From Moraxellaceae bacterium (GTDB lineage Bacteria > Pseudomonadota > Gammaproteobacteria > Pseudomonadales > Moraxellaceae), in NCBI GenBank assembly GCA_036275595.1, contig DASUDN010000017.1:1-41762 (forward strand): a stretch of 41,762 bases of DNA. Direction: 5' to 3'. This document shows positions 10,366 to 21,672 of this stretch, piece after piece (position 1 is the first letter of the stretch; each line of letters starts with the position of its first letter). The position numbers and the translations under genes were made by a program. The notes beneath the pieces are model-generated. The model was given only the letters and a program-made list of their open reading frames with translations. It ran no database searches and was not told the origin of the DNA.

Positions 10366-12126
10366 ATGAAGACCCAGCTCGAATCGCTCCTTGCCCAGGC
10401 CCTGGCCACCCTCAAGTCCCAGGGCGTCCTGCCGGCCGACTGCCAGCCCGCCATCCAGCTCGAGCGCACCCGGGACCGGGCCCACGGCGACTGGGCCACC
10501 AACGTGGCGCTGGCCACCGCCAAGGCCGCGGGGCGCAAGCCGCGCGAGCTGGCCGAGGCCCTGGTGGCGGCCCTGCCCGCCGCCGCCGTGGTGACGAAGG
10601 TGGAAATCGCCGGCCCCGGATTCATCAACTTCTTCCTCTCGGCCGACAGCCGCTTCGAGTCGGTGCGCCAGATCCTGGCCAACGTCGTGGCCTTCTCCTC
10701 GCCCAACGTGGGCAATGGCGAGAAGGTCCTGCTCGAGTTCGTCTCGGCCAATCCCACCGGCCCCATGCACGTCGGCCACGGCCGCGGCGCCGCCTACGGC
10801 TCCGCGCTCGCCAACCTGCTCGCCGCCACCGGCCACGCCGTGCACCGCGAGTACTACATCAACGACGCCGGCCGCCAGGCCGACGTGCTCGCCGTGTCGG
10901 TCTACCTGCGCTACCTCGAGGCCTGCGGCGAGACCGTGGCCATTCCCTCCCGCGCCTACCCGGCGGACTATGTGAAGGTCTGCGGCAACGACCTGTTCGC
11001 GCACATGGGCCGCAAGTTCTTCCGCCCCTTCGCCGAGGTCAGCGCCGGCCTGCCGGAAGACCCCGAGGGCGAGGGCGACGAGATCAAGGCGCGCAAGGAA
11101 GCCTACCTGGACGCCATCATCGACCGCGTGCGCGGCCTGCTCGGCGAGGACTACCGCACCGTTCAGGACTTCGGCCTGAACGCGCAGCTGCACGACATCC
11201 GCGCCACGCTGGACGCCTTCAACGTGCAGTTCGACGAGTGGTTCTCCGAGCGCCGCCTCGCCGAGAGCGGCGCCATCGAGAAGGCCATCGCGCGCCTGCG
11301 CGAGCGCGGCCACGTGTACGACAAGGACGGCGCGGTGTGGCTGGCCACCAGCCAGCTCGGCGACGAGAAGGACCGCGTGCTGGTGCGCGACAACGGCATC
11401 CATACCTACTTCGCCGCCGACGTGGCCTATCACCTGGACAAGCTGGACCGCGGCTTCGACACGCTGATCGACGTGTGGGGCGCCGACCACCACGGCTACA
11501 TCGCGCGCGTGCGCGCCGCCATCGAGGCGCTGACCGGGCAGGGCGACCGCTTCCATGTCGCGCTGATCCAGTTCGTGACGCTCTCCTCCGGCCGCATGGG
11601 CAAGCGCTCGGGCAATTTCGTGACGCTGAAGCAGCTGATCGAGGAGGCCGGCAACGACGCCACCCGCTTCTTCTACCTGACGCGCTCGCCGGACCAGCAC
11701 CTGGAGTTCGACATCGACCTGGCGCGCTCGCAGACCGCCGACAATCCCGTCTACTACCTGCAGTACGCACACGCCCGCATCGCCAGCATGCTGCGCGAGC
11801 TGGGCGAGCGCGGCGGCGCGTTCGACGCGGACGAGGGCCTGGCGGCGCTGGCGGAGCTGCCCGAGGAGGCCGCCGAGCAACTGGCCAAGCGCCTGGGCAG
11901 CTGGCCGGAAACGGTGGCCTCGGCCGCGCGCAACCGCGCGCCGCAGCAGCTGGCCAATGCGCTGCGCGACATCGCGCAGGAGTTCCACGCCTACTACAAC
12001 GCGCACAAGATCCTGGTCGAGGACGTGCGCGTGCGCAACGCCCGCCTTGCGCTCTGCGTCGCGGTGAAGGCCGTGCTCGCCCAGGGCCTCGGCCTGCTCG
12101 GCGTGTCCGCCCCGGACCGGATGTAA
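10366..12126 (+). CDS. argS: Arginine--tRNA ligase
   Basis: Class I HIGH motif (ANPTGPMHVGHGRGA), MGKRSG in place of KMSKS, and the typical C-terminal anticodon-binding domain ending in M. ATG at 10366 (the track starts at TTG 10357). Confidence 0.95.
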   Translation: MKTQLESLLAQALATLKSQGVLPADCQPAIQLERTRDRAHGDWATNVALATAKAAGRKPRELAEALVAALPAAAVVTKVEIAGPGFINFFLSADSRFESVRQILANVVAFSSPNVGNGEKVLLEFVSANPTGPMHVGHGRGAAYGSALANLLAATGHAVHREYYINDAGRQADVLAVSVYLRYLEACGETVAIPSRAYPADYVKVCGNDLFAHMGRKFFRPFAEVSAGLPEDPEGEGDEIKARKEAYLDAIIDRVRGLLGEDYRTVQDFGLNAQLHDIRATLDAFNVQFDEWFSERRLAESGAIEKAIARLRERGHVYDKDGAVWLATSQLGDEKDRVLVRDNGIHTYFAADVAYHLDKLDRGFDTLIDVWGADHHGYIARVRAAIEALTGQGDRFHVALIQFVTLSSGRMGKRSGNFVTLKQLIEEAGNDATRFFYLTRSPDQHLEFDIDLARSQTADNPVYYLQYAHARIASMLRELGERGGAFDADEGLAALAELPEEAAEQLAKRLGSWPETVASAARNRAPQQLANALRDIAQEFHAYYNAHKILVEDVRVRNARLALCVAVKAVLAQGLGLLGVSAPDRM

Positions 12127-12129
12127 GCC

Positions 12130-12723
12130 ATGGCCGCCGCGAAAAAGCCCGCCGCCCGCAAGAAGGGCGCCAGCCGCAAGTCCGCCCCCGCGCGCAAGGG
12201 CGCGCCCGGCGCGCTGTGGCTGGTGCTGGGCCTGCTGGCGGGCCTCTTCGTGGCCTTCCTCTGGCACCTGTGGGAGCTGAAGAAGGACGCGCGCCCGCCC
12301 GTCGCCACGACGGAGGCCCAGCCTGCCGCCGGTACCGGCAAGGCAGGCGGCAACTCCGCGGACGCGGCGGGCCCCGGCAAGGCCGCGGAGCCGCGCTTCG
12401 AGTTCTATACCCTCCTGCCCAACCAGGAGGTCATGCCCGGCAGCAAGCCGGCGCCGGCGCAGCCCGCCGCGCGTGGCGACGAGGACGGGCCCGCCTTCCT
12501 GCTGCAGGCCGGCTCCTTCAAGAGCGAGGCCGAGGCCGACAGGCGCCGCGCCTCCATCCTGATGCTGGGCATGCCGGTAAAGGTGGTGAAGGTGCCGGTC
12601 AAGCCCGGCGAGGCCTGGTACCGCGTCATGGTCGGCCCCTTCAAGGGCAAGGACGCGGCCGCCAGCGCCCGCGCCAGCCTGAAGGGCAATGGCGTCGAGA
12701 CCCTGGTGGTGAAGCAGGGCTGA
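12130..12723 (+). CDS. SPOR-domain cell-division protein (FtsN-like)
   Basis: Lys/Arg-rich cytoplasmic tail, one TM helix (LWLVLGLLAGLFVAFLW), a Pro/Ala linker, and a C-terminal SPOR pattern (FLLQAGSFKSEAEADRRRASILMLG...WYRVMVGPFKGKDAAASARASL). It sits upstream of hslVU, as ftsN does in E. coli. Confidence 0.75.
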   Translation: MAAAKKPAARKKGASRKSAPARKGAPGALWLVLGLLAGLFVAFLWHLWELKKDARPPVATTEAQPAAGTGKAGGNSADAAGPGKAAEPRFEFYTLLPNQEVMPGSKPAPAQPAARGDEDGPAFLLQAGSFKSEAEADRRRASILMLGMPVKVVKVPVKPGEAWYRVMVGPFKGKDAAASARASLKGNGVETLVVKQG

Positions 12724-12752
12724 TCCCTCGGGGCCGGGCCGCCATCGTCCGG

Positions 12753-12780
12753 CTTGAAATCCGCCATCCCGCCTCCATCT
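12753..12780 (+). promoter_or_regulatory. Sigma-32 (RpoH) heat-shock promoter of hslVU
   Basis: CTTGAAA (12753-12759), a 13-nt spacer, then CTCCATCT (12773-12780). The consensus is CTTGAAA-N13-15-CCCCATNT. It lies 34 nt upstream of the hslV start. hslVU is a classical RpoH regulon member. Confidence 0.6.
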
Positions 12781-12814
12781 CGCTGGAATCCTTTCCGCCA
12801 GCCGAGGCCTTCCC

Positions 12815-13339
12815 GTGACCACCATCGTATCCGTCCGCCGCGGCAACCTCGTCGCCCTGGGGGGCGACGGCCAGGTATCCCTGGGCAACACCGTCATGAA
12901 GGGCAATGCGCGCAAGGTGCGCCGCCTTTACAACAACCAGGTCATCGCCGGCTTCGCCGGTGGCACCGCCGACGCCTTCACCCTCTTCGACTACTTCGAG
13001 AACAAGCTGCAGAAGCACTCCGGCCACCTGCTGCGCTCCGCCGTAGAGCTGGCCAAGGACTGGCGCACCGACCGCACCCTGCGCCGCCTGGAAGCCATGC
13101 TGGTGGTGGCGGACAGGACCGCGTCGCTCATCATCACCGGCAACGGCGACGTGCTGGAACCCGAGCAGGGCATCCTCGCCATCGGGTCGGGAGGCAACTA
13201 CGCGCAGGCCGCGGCGCGCGCCCTTTACGAAAACACTGACCTCGATGCCCGCAACATCGTGGAAAAATCCCTCGCCATCGCCGCCGACATCTGTGTGTTC
13301 ACCAACCACAGCACGGTGATCGAAACCCTGGAAACCTGA
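12815..13339 (+). CDS. hslV: ATP-dependent protease subunit HslV
   Basis: [38 protein letters not shown] has the Thr2 nucleophile and the proteasome beta-type fold signature. GTG start. Confidence 0.95.
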   Translation: MTTIVSVRRGNLVALGGDGQVSLGNTVMKGNARKVRRLYNNQVIAGFAGGTADAFTLFDYFENKLQKHSGHLLRSAVELAKDWRTDRTLRRLEAMLVVADRTASLIITGNGDVLEPEQGILAIGSGGNYAQAAARALYENTDLDARNIVEKSLAIAADICVFTNHSTVIETLET

Positions 13340-13405
13340 CGGGCGGCGGCGCCCCCGCGCCCCTCCCCCCGCCGCGCCCGCGCGGCCCGACGCAAAGGAT
13401 CCGCC

Positions 13406-14752
<1,347 letters not shown>

Positions 14753-14822
14753 CCCCGGCGTCCCGGACCGGCCGGCGGCCCGCCGCCGTGCCCTCCGTGC
14801 CCGCCACCGACGAGGACTCCGC

Positions 14823-15215
14823 ATGCAGACGCCCGCCCCCACCGAGCTGCGCTATCGCCGCGACAGCCGCGAGCTGACTGTTGCCTGGGGCGACACCCGG
14901 CACGTACTGAGCGCGGAATTCCTGCGCGTGCGCTCCCCCTCGGCCGAGGTGCAGGGCCATGGGGGCGAGGGCGGCACCCTGCCCCTGGACAAGGCCGGCG
15001 TCGCCATCACCGCCATCGAGCCCGTGGGCAACTATGCGGTGCGCCTGGTCTTCTCGGACGGCCATGACACCGGCCTCTACAGCTGGGACTGGCTCCACGA
15101 GCTGTGCATGGACCGGGACCGCCTGTGGCAGGCCTATCGGGACAAGGTGGCCAGCCTCCCGTCGGCGCCCCCTCCCGGCGGGGCCAGCGCAGTCGGGCAC
15201 TACACGCCAAAGTAA
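14823..15215 (+). CDS. DUF971-family protein (gamma-butyrobetaine-hydroxylase-like N-terminal domain)
   Basis: 130 aa. LSAEFLRVRSPSAEVQGHG...VGNYAVRLVFSDGHDTGLYSWDWLHEL is the characteristic DUF971 pattern. GAGGA SD. It follows hslU, as in Pseudomonas. Confidence 0.7.
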   Translation: MQTPAPTELRYRRDSRELTVAWGDTRHVLSAEFLRVRSPSAEVQGHGGEGGTLPLDKAGVAITAIEPVGNYAVRLVFSDGHDTGLYSWDWLHELCMDRDRLWQAYRDKVASLPSAPPPGGASAVGHYTPK

Positions 15216-15334
15216 GTAAGTACATACTTTAGTACTTTCGACGTCACAAATTGCCACGCTTTACGCCTGTCCTTGGAACAAGGCGGGGGTAGAATCGCCC
15301 GGCCGGTAGCGACACCCAGCGAGACACTAGAACC

Positions 15335-16147
15335 ATGCACAGCAGTTCCCTTACCGCCCTCCCCGTGGCGGCCGCGGAGATTCCCATGACCACTGGCGAC
15401 GTCGAGCTCGTCTACACCCCCGAGGGCCACGCCCTGCGCCGCGAGGACATCCGTACCCTGGCCGACCAGATGCGCTTCGAGCTGGGCCGGTTCCGGGCCT
15501 GGCGCAGCCACCATGACGAGGCCTTCCGCGCCCGCTTCGTGGCGGTGCAGAAGTGGCAGGCCGAGCGCCTGACCCGCACGCATGCCGACTTCCTGGCCGA
15601 CGAGCGCTATGAGGCCGTGACCCGCTTCTTCCTCTCCGACCTCTATGGCGGCCTGGACCTCAATGAGCTGGCCCGCGAAATCGAGCGCGCCCTGCCGGTG
15701 GCCACCCGCCTGCTGCCCGACTCCGTCATGCGCACCTCCGCCGTCGCGCTGGAGCTCAACGCCCTGACCGGCGAGCTCGACGAGGCGGTGGCCGCCATGC
15801 TGTTCGAGACGCTGGGCTACAAGGAGATCACCGAGCTCAACATCCTGGAGGCCTATCGCGCCTGCGGCCAGTTCGAGGCGCGCAACCGCCAGCTCGACCT
15901 GCTGGCCGAGCTGGGCAAGGGCCTGGACCGCTATGTCCGCTCGCGGGTGATCTACGCCACCTTCCGCATCGCCCATCGCCCCGCCCGCATGGCCGGCCTG
16001 GCCGGGCTCTACGACTTCCTCGGCCGCGGCTTCGAGGTGATGCGTCCCATGGGCTCCGCCCAGGACTTCATCAACCTCTTCATCAGCCGCGAGCGCGCCA
16101 TCCTCGGGAACATCCACGCCGGCAAGGCCGACCCCTACGCCTTCTGA
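15335..16147 (+). CDS. Conserved hypothetical protein (possibly the 'FFLEELY-motif' family; here the motif reads [10 protein letters not shown])
   Basis: The 270-aa ORF has genome-typical codon bias and is predicted all-helical, with no catalytic motif recognised. The internal ATG at 15386 has a much better SD (GGAG at 15376-15379) than the ATG at 15335, so it may be the true start. Confidence 0.6.
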   Translation: MHSSSLTALPVAAAEIPMTTGDVELVYTPEGHALRREDIRTLADQMRFELGRFRAWRSHHDEAFRARFVAVQKWQAERLTRTHADFLADERYEAVTRFFLSDLYGGLDLNELAREIERALPVATRLLPDSVMRTSAVALELNALTGELDEAVAAMLFETLGYKEITELNILEAYRACGQFEARNRQLDLLAELGKGLDRYVRSRVIYATFRIAHRPARMAGLAGLYDFLGRGFEVMRPMGSAQDFINLFISRERAILGNIHAGKADPYAF

Positions 16148-16154
16148 CCCCGGT

Positions 16155-16188
16155 CAAGGGTGGCGCGGCCCCCTCCGCGCCACCCTTG
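16155..16188 (+). terminator. Perfect 14-bp GC-rich hairpin just after the hypothetical gene; no U-tract
   Basis: CAAGGGTGGCGCGG-ccccct-CCGCGCCACCCTTG begins 8 nt after the TGA at 16145-16147. With no T-run it may act as a stabiliser, pause site or attenuator rather than a canonical terminator. Confidence 0.4.
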
Positions 16189-16215
16189 CCAGCCCCGCGG
16201 CCACCGGCGGACAAT
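16186..16215 (+). promoter_or_regulatory. Candidate ubiE promoter (-35 TTGCCA, 18-nt spacer, -10 GACAAT)
   Basis: Motif match by eye. The -35 overlaps the 3' arm of the 16155-16188 hairpin. Confidence 0.25.
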
Positions 16216-16253
16216 GCCGGTCCCTTTCCAGGCCCCGTCCTGCAGCCCAAGCC

Positions 16254-17030
16254 ATGTCCGACTCGCGTTCCGAACAGCCCGCCGCCAAGGACGGGACCAC
16301 CCATTTCGGCTACCAGACCGTCGCCACCACCGAGAAGGCGAAGAAGGTGGCCGAGGTCTTCCATTCCGTGGCCGACCGCTACGACATCATGAACGACCTG
16401 ATGTCCTTCGGGATCCACCGCCTCTGGAAGCGCTACGCCATCGAGATGTCGGCCGTGCGCCCCGGGCAGCAGGTGCTGGACATCGCCGGCGGCACCGGTG
16501 ACCTGGCCCGGGCCTTCAGCAAGCGTGTGGGCGCCGCCGGCCGTGTCGTGCTGGCCGACATCAATGCGTCCATGCTGGGCGTGGGCCGTGACCGCCTGAT
16601 CGACGCCGGTCTCAGCCAGAACCTGGAGTTCGTGCAGGCCAATGCCGAGTGCCTGCCCTTCGCCGACAACAGCTTCGACCTGGTCACGATCGCCTTCGGC
16701 CTGCGCAACGTCACCGACAAGGACGCCGCCCTGCGCTCGATGTACCGTGTACTGAAGCCGGGCGGCCGCCTGCTGGTGCTGGAGTTCTCCAAGCCCGTGG
16801 CGGAACCGCTGGCCAAGGTCTACGACGCCTATTCGTTCAGCATCCTGCCCGCCATGGGGCAGCTCGTGGCGCAGGACGCCGCCAGCTACCGCTACCTCGC
16901 GGAATCCATCCGCATGCATCCCGACCAGGCGACCCTGAAGGGCATGATGGACAAGGCCGGCTTCGAGCGCACCGACTACCATAACCTCACCGGCGGCATC
17001 GTCGCCCTGCACCGCGGGTTCAAGCTGTGA
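16254..17030 (+). CDS. ubiE: Ubiquinone/menaquinone C-methyltransferase UbiE
   Basis: [45 protein letters not shown] and the SAM motif [11 protein letters not shown]. Near-collinear with E. coli UbiE. Confidence 0.95.
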   Translation: MSDSRSEQPAAKDGTTHFGYQTVATTEKAKKVAEVFHSVADRYDIMNDLMSFGIHRLWKRYAIEMSAVRPGQQVLDIAGGTGDLARAFSKRVGAAGRVVLADINASMLGVGRDRLIDAGLSQNLEFVQANAECLPFADNSFDLVTIAFGLRNVTDKDAALRSMYRVLKPGGRLLVLEFSKPVAEPLAKVYDAYSFSILPAMGQLVAQDAASYRYLAESIRMHPDQATLKGMMDKAGFERTDYHNLTGGIVALHRGFKL

Positions 17031-17668
17031 CGTCGCTGCCCGAAGTCCTGGCCATCCGGGCCCTCGAGAAAGTGATCCGCCAGGCGCTGGCGCTGGATCC
17101 CGGCACCCGCGCCCGCCTCGGGGCCTATGCCGGCAAGCGCATCTTCGTCGAGACGCGGGCGCCCGCGCTCGGCATCCTGGTCAGCCTGGAGAGCGACGGC
17201 GTGTACCTGTCGCCGGAAAGCGGCCAGCACCCGCACGCCACCATCGAGGCGCCGAGCTTCGAGCTGCTCAAGATGGCGCTGTCGCAGGAAGCCCATTTCA
17301 TCGGGGGTCCCGTCAAGGTCAACGGCGACGTGATGCTGGTGCAGGAACTCCACGCCATCGGCCGGCAGCTCGACATCGACTGGGAATCGGGCCTGGCGCG
17401 CCTGCTCGGCGACACCGTCTCGTACCCGGTGTCGCGCGGCCTCCGCCACCTCTTCGGCTTCGCCAACCGCGTCGCCAACACCCTGCTGCAGAACACCGGT
17501 GAATACCTGCGCGAGGAGAAGGAGCTGGTGCCGGTGCCCTGGGAGGTCGAGGAACTGCTCACCGACAACCGCGACCTGCGCGTCGACCTGGACCGCATCG
17601 AATCGCGCCTGACCCGACTCAAGCGCCGCCTGGACAAGCTCGAGCAAAACGGCAAGGATCCCGCCTGA
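17027..17668 (+). CDS. ubiJ: Ubiquinone biosynthesis accessory factor UbiJ (SCP2 domain)
   Basis: 213 aa between ubiE and ubiB. The GTG start overlaps the ubiE stop (GTGA). It has an SCP2-like N-terminal half and a C-terminal coiled-coil tail ([14 protein letters not shown]). Confidence 0.8.
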   Translation: MTSLPEVLAIRALEKVIRQALALDPGTRARLGAYAGKRIFVETRAPALGILVSLESDGVYLSPESGQHPHATIEAPSFELLKMALSQEAHFIGGPVKVNGDVMLVQELHAIGRQLDIDWESGLARLLGDTVSYPVSRGLRHLFGFANRVANTLLQNTGEYLREEKELVPVPWEVEELLTDNRDLRVDLDRIESRLTRLKRRLDKLEQNGKDPA

Positions 17669-19296
17669 TGCTGCAGCACCTGCCCCGCCTTCTCGCCATC
17701 TGGGCCGTCATCGCCCGCTACCGCCTCGATACCCTGCTGCCCCCGCCGCCCACGGCGCGCGCCCGCCTCGTGCTGGTGCTGATCCGCCTGCACCCGCTGT
17801 GGTGGCTGACCGGCGCCCGCGCGCGCTCGCCCGAGCGCCTGCGCCTGGCCTTCGAGGAACTGGGCCCGCTGTTCATCAAGCTCGGCCAGCTGCTCGCCAC
17901 CCGCCGCGACCTGCTGCCCGAGGCCGTGCTGGACGAGCTGGCGCGGCTGCAGGACCAGGTGCCGCCCTTCCCCACCCGGCACGCCATCGCCATCGTGGAG
18001 CACGAGCTGAAGGCGCCGCTGGCGCAGAAGTTCTCGCGCTTCGACGAGCAGCCCCTGGCGGCCGCCTCGATCGCGCAGGTGCACACGGCGGCGCTGCCCG
18101 ATGGCCGCGAGGTCGTGGTCAAGGTGCTGCGCCCGGGCGTGGCGACGGAAATCCGCCGCGACATGGCGCTGGTGCGCGATTTCACGCTGTGGCTGGAGGA
18201 CCGCTTCCCCGAGCTGCAGCAGTTCCACCCGCACCGCATCGCGCGCGACTACGAGCAGACCCTGCTCGACGAGACCGACCTGCTGCGCGAGGCCGCCAAC
18301 ACCCGCCGCATGCGCGCCAACTTCCCCGGCTCGCCGCTGCTGTACGTGCCGGAGGTGCACACCGACTGGTGCACGTCGCGGGTCATGGTGGCGGAGCGCA
18401 TCCACGGCGAGCCCATCGACCAGGTCGCCACCTTCGACCGCCTCGGCATCGACCGCAAGGCGCTGGCGGAGAAGGGCCTGACCATCTTCTTCACGCAGCT
18501 GCTGACGCATAACTTCTTCCACGCCGACATGCATCCGGGCAACGTCTTCGTGGAAACCGGCAATCCGCAGGCGCCGCGCTACATCGCCCTCGACGTCGCC
18601 ATCGTCGGCCAGCTCTCGCGCGAGGACCAGCTCACGGTGGCGCGCCTGGTGCTGGCCCTGACGCAGCGCGACTTCATGGAGATCATCCGCGTCGCGCACC
18701 GCGCCGGCTGGCTGCCGCCCGGCGCCAACCTGGCCCAGCTCGCGGACGAGGTGCAGCGCATCGCCGGCCGCGCCCTCGACGTGCCCATCGACCAGCTCGA
18801 GTTCGGCCCCATCATGGTGGCCCTGCTGGACATGGCGCGCGCCCACCACCTGGAAATCCCGGTGCAGCTGGTGCTGCTCATCAAGACCCTGATCCACGTC
18901 GAGGGCCTCGGCCGCTCCCTGTACCCGCAGCTCGACATCTGGGCCCTGGCCCGCCCCATCGTCACGCGCTGGGTCAAGGAGCAGGTGGGCCCGGCGGCGC
19001 TGGCCAAGCGCCTGTCCGAACAGGTGCCGGCCATGCTGGCGGGCGCGCCCGACATGCCCGAGCTGGTGCTGGACGCCCTGACCCAGATGCGCAACAGCGG
19101 GCAGTGGCAGGACCGGCAGCTGCGCGAGCTGGCCCAGCTGCGCCAGGAGATCCGCAGCGGCCGCCGCCGCGACCTCCTGGCCGCCGCCGCCCTCGCCGCC
19201 GGCCTGGCCATGGCCCTGGCCGGCGCCGGGCCGGTCGCCACCCTGGGCGCCCTGCTCGCGCTGGCCGCCTTCGGCTGGCGCCTCGCCGCGGGCTGA
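17668..19296 (+). CDS. ubiB: Ubiquinone biosynthesis regulatory kinase-like protein UbiB
   Basis: ABC1/UbiB signature: [54 protein letters not shown]-terminal TM helices are present. The start overlaps the ubiJ stop. Confidence 0.93.
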   Translation: MLQHLPRLLAIWAVIARYRLDTLLPPPPTARARLVLVLIRLHPLWWLTGARARSPERLRLAFEELGPLFIKLGQLLATRRDLLPEAVLDELARLQDQVPPFPTRHAIAIVEHELKAPLAQKFSRFDEQPLAAASIAQVHTAALPDGREVVVKVLRPGVATEIRRDMALVRDFTLWLEDRFPELQQFHPHRIARDYEQTLLDETDLLREAANTRRMRANFPGSPLLYVPEVHTDWCTSRVMVAERIHGEPIDQVATFDRLGIDRKALAEKGLTIFFTQLLTHNFFHADMHPGNVFVETGNPQAPRYIALDVAIVGQLSREDQLTVARLVLALTQRDFMEIIRVAHRAGWLPPGANLAQLADEVQRIAGRALDVPIDQLEFGPIMVALLDMARAHHLEIPVQLVLLIKTLIHVEGLGRSLYPQLDIWALARPIVTRWVKEQVGPAALAKRLSEQVPAMLAGAPDMPELVLDALTQMRNSGQWQDRQLRELAQLRQEIRSGRRRDLLAAAALAAGLAMALAGAGPVATLGALLALAAFGWRLAAG

Positions 19297-19340
19297 GCGA
19301 AGGGGTATCCTTCGCTCCAACGTGTTTCGGATGCGACTCC

Positions 19341-19742
19341 ATGAACTGGCTGGACGAGGTGCACTGGGACGATGACGGCCTCGTGCCCGCCATCGCCCAG
19401 GACTTCCGCACGGGCCGCGTGCTGATGGTGGCCTGGATGAACCGCGAGTCCCTGGCGCTCACCGCGCAGGAGGGCCGCGCCGTGTACTGGTCGCGCTCGC
19501 GCGGCCGGCTCTGGCGCAAGGGCGAGGAATCCGGCCATGTGCAAAAGCTGCACGAGATGCGCCTTGACTGTGACGGCGACGTGATCATCATGCAGGTCGA
19601 GCAGCTGGGCGGCATCGCCTGCCACACCGGCCGCGAGTCCTGCTTCTACCGCCGCCTCGTGGACGGCCGCTGGGAAACCGTGGACGCGGTGCTCAAGGAC
19701 CCCCACGCCATCTACGCCACTCCCAAGGGCCATCCCCAATGA
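19341..19742 (+). CDS. hisI: Phosphoribosyl-AMP cyclohydrolase HisI
   Basis: [38 protein letters not shown]...[16 protein letters not shown]...DCDGD...CHTG. ATG at 19341. The track's upstream extension is an Arg/Pro-rich read-through artefact. Confidence 0.93.
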   Translation: MNWLDEVHWDDDGLVPAIAQDFRTGRVLMVAWMNRESLALTAQEGRAVYWSRSRGRLWRKGEESGHVQKLHEMRLDCDGDVIIMQVEQLGGIACHTGRESCFYRRLVDGRWETVDAVLKDPHAIYATPKGHPQ

Positions 19743-20095
19743 ACAACGACATCCTGGACGCCCTGACCAAGGTGCTGGAGGAGCGCAAGCAGGCCTCGCC
19801 CGAGTCCTCCTACGTCTCCAGCCTGTACCACAAGGGCCTGAACAAGATCCTGGAAAAGGTCGGCGAGGAATGCACCGAGACCCTGATCGCGGCCAAGGAC
19901 GCCGCGCAGTCGGGACAGCACGACGACCTCGTCTATGAAACCGCCGACCTGTGGTTTCATACCCTCGTCATGCTGTCACACTTCAATGTGCACCCCGATG
20001 CCGTGCTGAACGAACTGGCGCGCCGCTTCAACGTCTCCGGCCATGCCGAGAAGGCGGCGCGTTCCCTGCCCACCCCGAACCACCCCGCGGAGTAA
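19739..20095 (+). CDS. hisE: Phosphoribosyl-ATP pyrophosphatase HisE
   Basis: [42 protein letters not shown]...[17 protein letters not shown] overlap with hisI. Confidence 0.93.
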   Translation: MNNDILDALTKVLEERKQASPESSYVSSLYHKGLNKILEKVGEECTETLIAAKDAAQSGQHDDLVYETADLWFHTLVMLSHFNVHPDAVLNELARRFNVSGHAEKAARSLPTPNHPAE

Positions 20096-20101
20096 GCCAC
20101 C

Positions 20102-20329
20102 ATGCTGTCCGGTCTGTCCCTTCCCCACATCCTCCTCCTGCTCGTCATCGTCGTGCTGATCTTCGGCACCGGCAAGCTGCGCAACGCCGGCAAGGACCTC
20201 GGCGGCTTCTTCAAGGGCTTCAAGGAAGGCATGAAGAGCGACGACGACAAGTCCCAGGCGCCCCAGCAGCTGACGCAGCAGGACGCCCCCAAGGCCAACG
20301 CCAGCGCCGACAAGAAAGACGCCGTCTAA
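20102..20329 (+). CDS. tatA: Twin-arginine translocase subunit TatA
   Basis: 75 aa. [36 protein letters not shown] is the TM helix plus amphipathic helix signature. Confidence 0.93.
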   Translation: MLSGLSLPHILLLLVIVVLIFGTGKLRNAGKDLGGFFKGFKEGMKSDDDKSQAPQQLTQQDAPKANASADKKDAV

Positions 20330-20332
20330 CCC

Positions 20333-20884
20333 ATGTTCGACGTCGGCTTCAGCGAGCTCCTGCTCCTGGCCATCGTGGCGCTGGTGGTGCTCGGCCCCGA
20401 GAAGCTCCCGCATGCCGCGCGCATCGCGGGCGCCTGGGTCGGGCGCATCCGCCGCACCGTCACGTCCATGCAGGCGGAGATCGAGCGCGAGGTCGCGGCG
20501 CAGGAAGTGCGCCAGCAGTTCGAGAAGCAGTTCCGCGACCTGGGCGGCCAGGACTTCGTGAAGGAGCTGGAGGCCGAGCGCCGCGACATCGAGCAGGCGA
20601 TCAGCGACACCGCCGCCGAGGCCGCCGCGCCCGTCGGCGGGGTTGCGACGCCCGCCGCCAGCCACGGCATTCCCCTGGTGGCCCCGGTCGTGATCGAGAC
20701 GAGCTCCGCCGCGGCATTGCCGGGCGCGGTCGACCAGGCGGACCCGGTGCTGCCGCAGGCCGCCACGCCGCCCGACGAGGTGGCGCTGGACGGCGAGGCC
20801 GCCTACCGTGAGTGGCTGGCCGCGCAGCGCCGCGAGAACCGCATCGCCCCGCCCGCCCCCGCCCACAAGGATTCCTCCGCATGA
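20333..20884 (+). CDS. tatB: Twin-arginine translocase subunit TatB
   Basis: MFDVGFSELLLLAIVALVVLGPEKLPHAARIAGAWVGRIRR, followed by an acidic/Ala-rich tail. Confidence 0.9.
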   Translation: MFDVGFSELLLLAIVALVVLGPEKLPHAARIAGAWVGRIRRTVTSMQAEIEREVAAQEVRQQFEKQFRDLGGQDFVKELEAERRDIEQAISDTAAEAAAPVGGVATPAASHGIPLVAPVVIETSSAAALPGAVDQADPVLPQAATPPDEVALDGEAAYREWLAAQRRENRIAPPAPAHKDSSA

Positions 20885-21624
20885 CGGAGCAAGCCCCCGA
20901 AATGCCCCTGGTCGCGCACCTCGTCGAGCTGCGCACCCGCCTGGTCCGCGTGCTCGCCGTGCTCGTCGTCGGCTTCTTCGCGCTGGTCTACTTCCGCAAC
21001 GACCTCTACGCCGCAGTGTCCCTCCCGCTGCGCGAGCTGCTGCCCGCGGGCAGCACCATGATCGCCACCGACGTCACCGCGCCCTTCATGGCGCCGTTCA
21101 AGCTCACCTTCTTCGTGGCGCTGTTCGCCGCGGTGCCCTACATCCTGCACCAGATCTGGGGTTTCATCTCGCCGGCGCTGTACCGGCACGAGAAGCGCGT
21201 CGCCGTGCCCCTGCTGGTGTCCAGCGTGCTGCTGTTCTACGCCGGCGTGGCCTTCGCCTACTTCATCACGCTGCCGGCCATCCTGGGCTTCTTCACCAAG
21301 GTTGGCCCCACCGGCGTGGCGATGATGACGGACATCAACCTCTACCTGGACTTCGTGCTCAAGCTGTTCCTGGTGTTCGGCTTCACCTTCGAGATCCCGG
21401 TGGCGGTGTTCCTGGTGATCTCCACCGGCATCGTGAGCAGCGACACGCTGATCGACAAGCGCCGCTACGTCATCGTGTTCTGCTTCTTCATCGCCATGTT
21501 CCTGACGCCGCCGGACGCGCTGTCCATGGCCATGCTGGCGGTGCCCATGTGGCTGCTGTTCGAGGCCGGCCTCTTCTTCGGCCGCCTGATGGAGAAGCGC
21601 AAGGCGGCCGAGCTGGAAGGCTGA
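20881..21624 (+). CDS. tatC: Twin-arginine translocase subunit TatC
   Basis: MPLVAHLVELRTRLVRVLAVLVVGF..., six TM segments, FGFTFEIPV and PPD motifs. The ATG at 20881 overlaps the tatB stop. Confidence 0.93.
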   Translation: MTEQAPEMPLVAHLVELRTRLVRVLAVLVVGFFALVYFRNDLYAAVSLPLRELLPAGSTMIATDVTAPFMAPFKLTFFVALFAAVPYILHQIWGFISPALYRHEKRVAVPLLVSSVLLFYAGVAFAYFITLPAILGFFTKVGPTGVAMMTDINLYLDFVLKLFLVFGFTFEIPVAVFLVISTGIVSSDTLIDKRRYVIVFCFFIAMFLTPPDALSMAMLAVPMWLLFEAGLFFGRLMEKRKAAELEG

Positions 21625-21647
21625 CGCCGACCGCGCGACATCGCAGG

Positions 21648-21672
21648 AAAGCCGGCACCCGCCGGCTTTTTT
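21648..21672. terminator. Bidirectional intrinsic terminator between tatC and dtd
   Basis: AAA-GCCGGC-accc-GCCGGC-TTTTTT. The T-run abuts the dtd stop codon. Confidence 0.75.

Noticed and set aside
15213-15240. TAAGTAAGTA 'multi-frame stop' and an AAGTAC/GTACTT inverted repeat after the DUF971 gene, considered as a terminator.
   Set aside because: Only two frames are actually stopped. The stem is 6 bp of AT-rich sequence with an 8-nt loop and no clear U-tract, which is too weak to call. I mention it only as context in a finding.
19104-19340. Long N-terminal extensions in the ORF track for hisI (19104), tatC (20812), dtd (22280), rhodanese (21979 frame), psd (23168 frame), yqiA (37957), nudF (40387), the glutaredoxin-like gene (40578) and serB (31654). 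Also the TTG-extended starts of mrcA (5067), priA (8032) and argS (10357).
   Set aside because: The extensions are Arg/Pro/Ala-rich read-throughs that overlap the preceding gene or terminator. In each case an internal start reproduces the canonical family N-terminus and/or gives a 1-4-nt stop/start overlap or a plausible SD.
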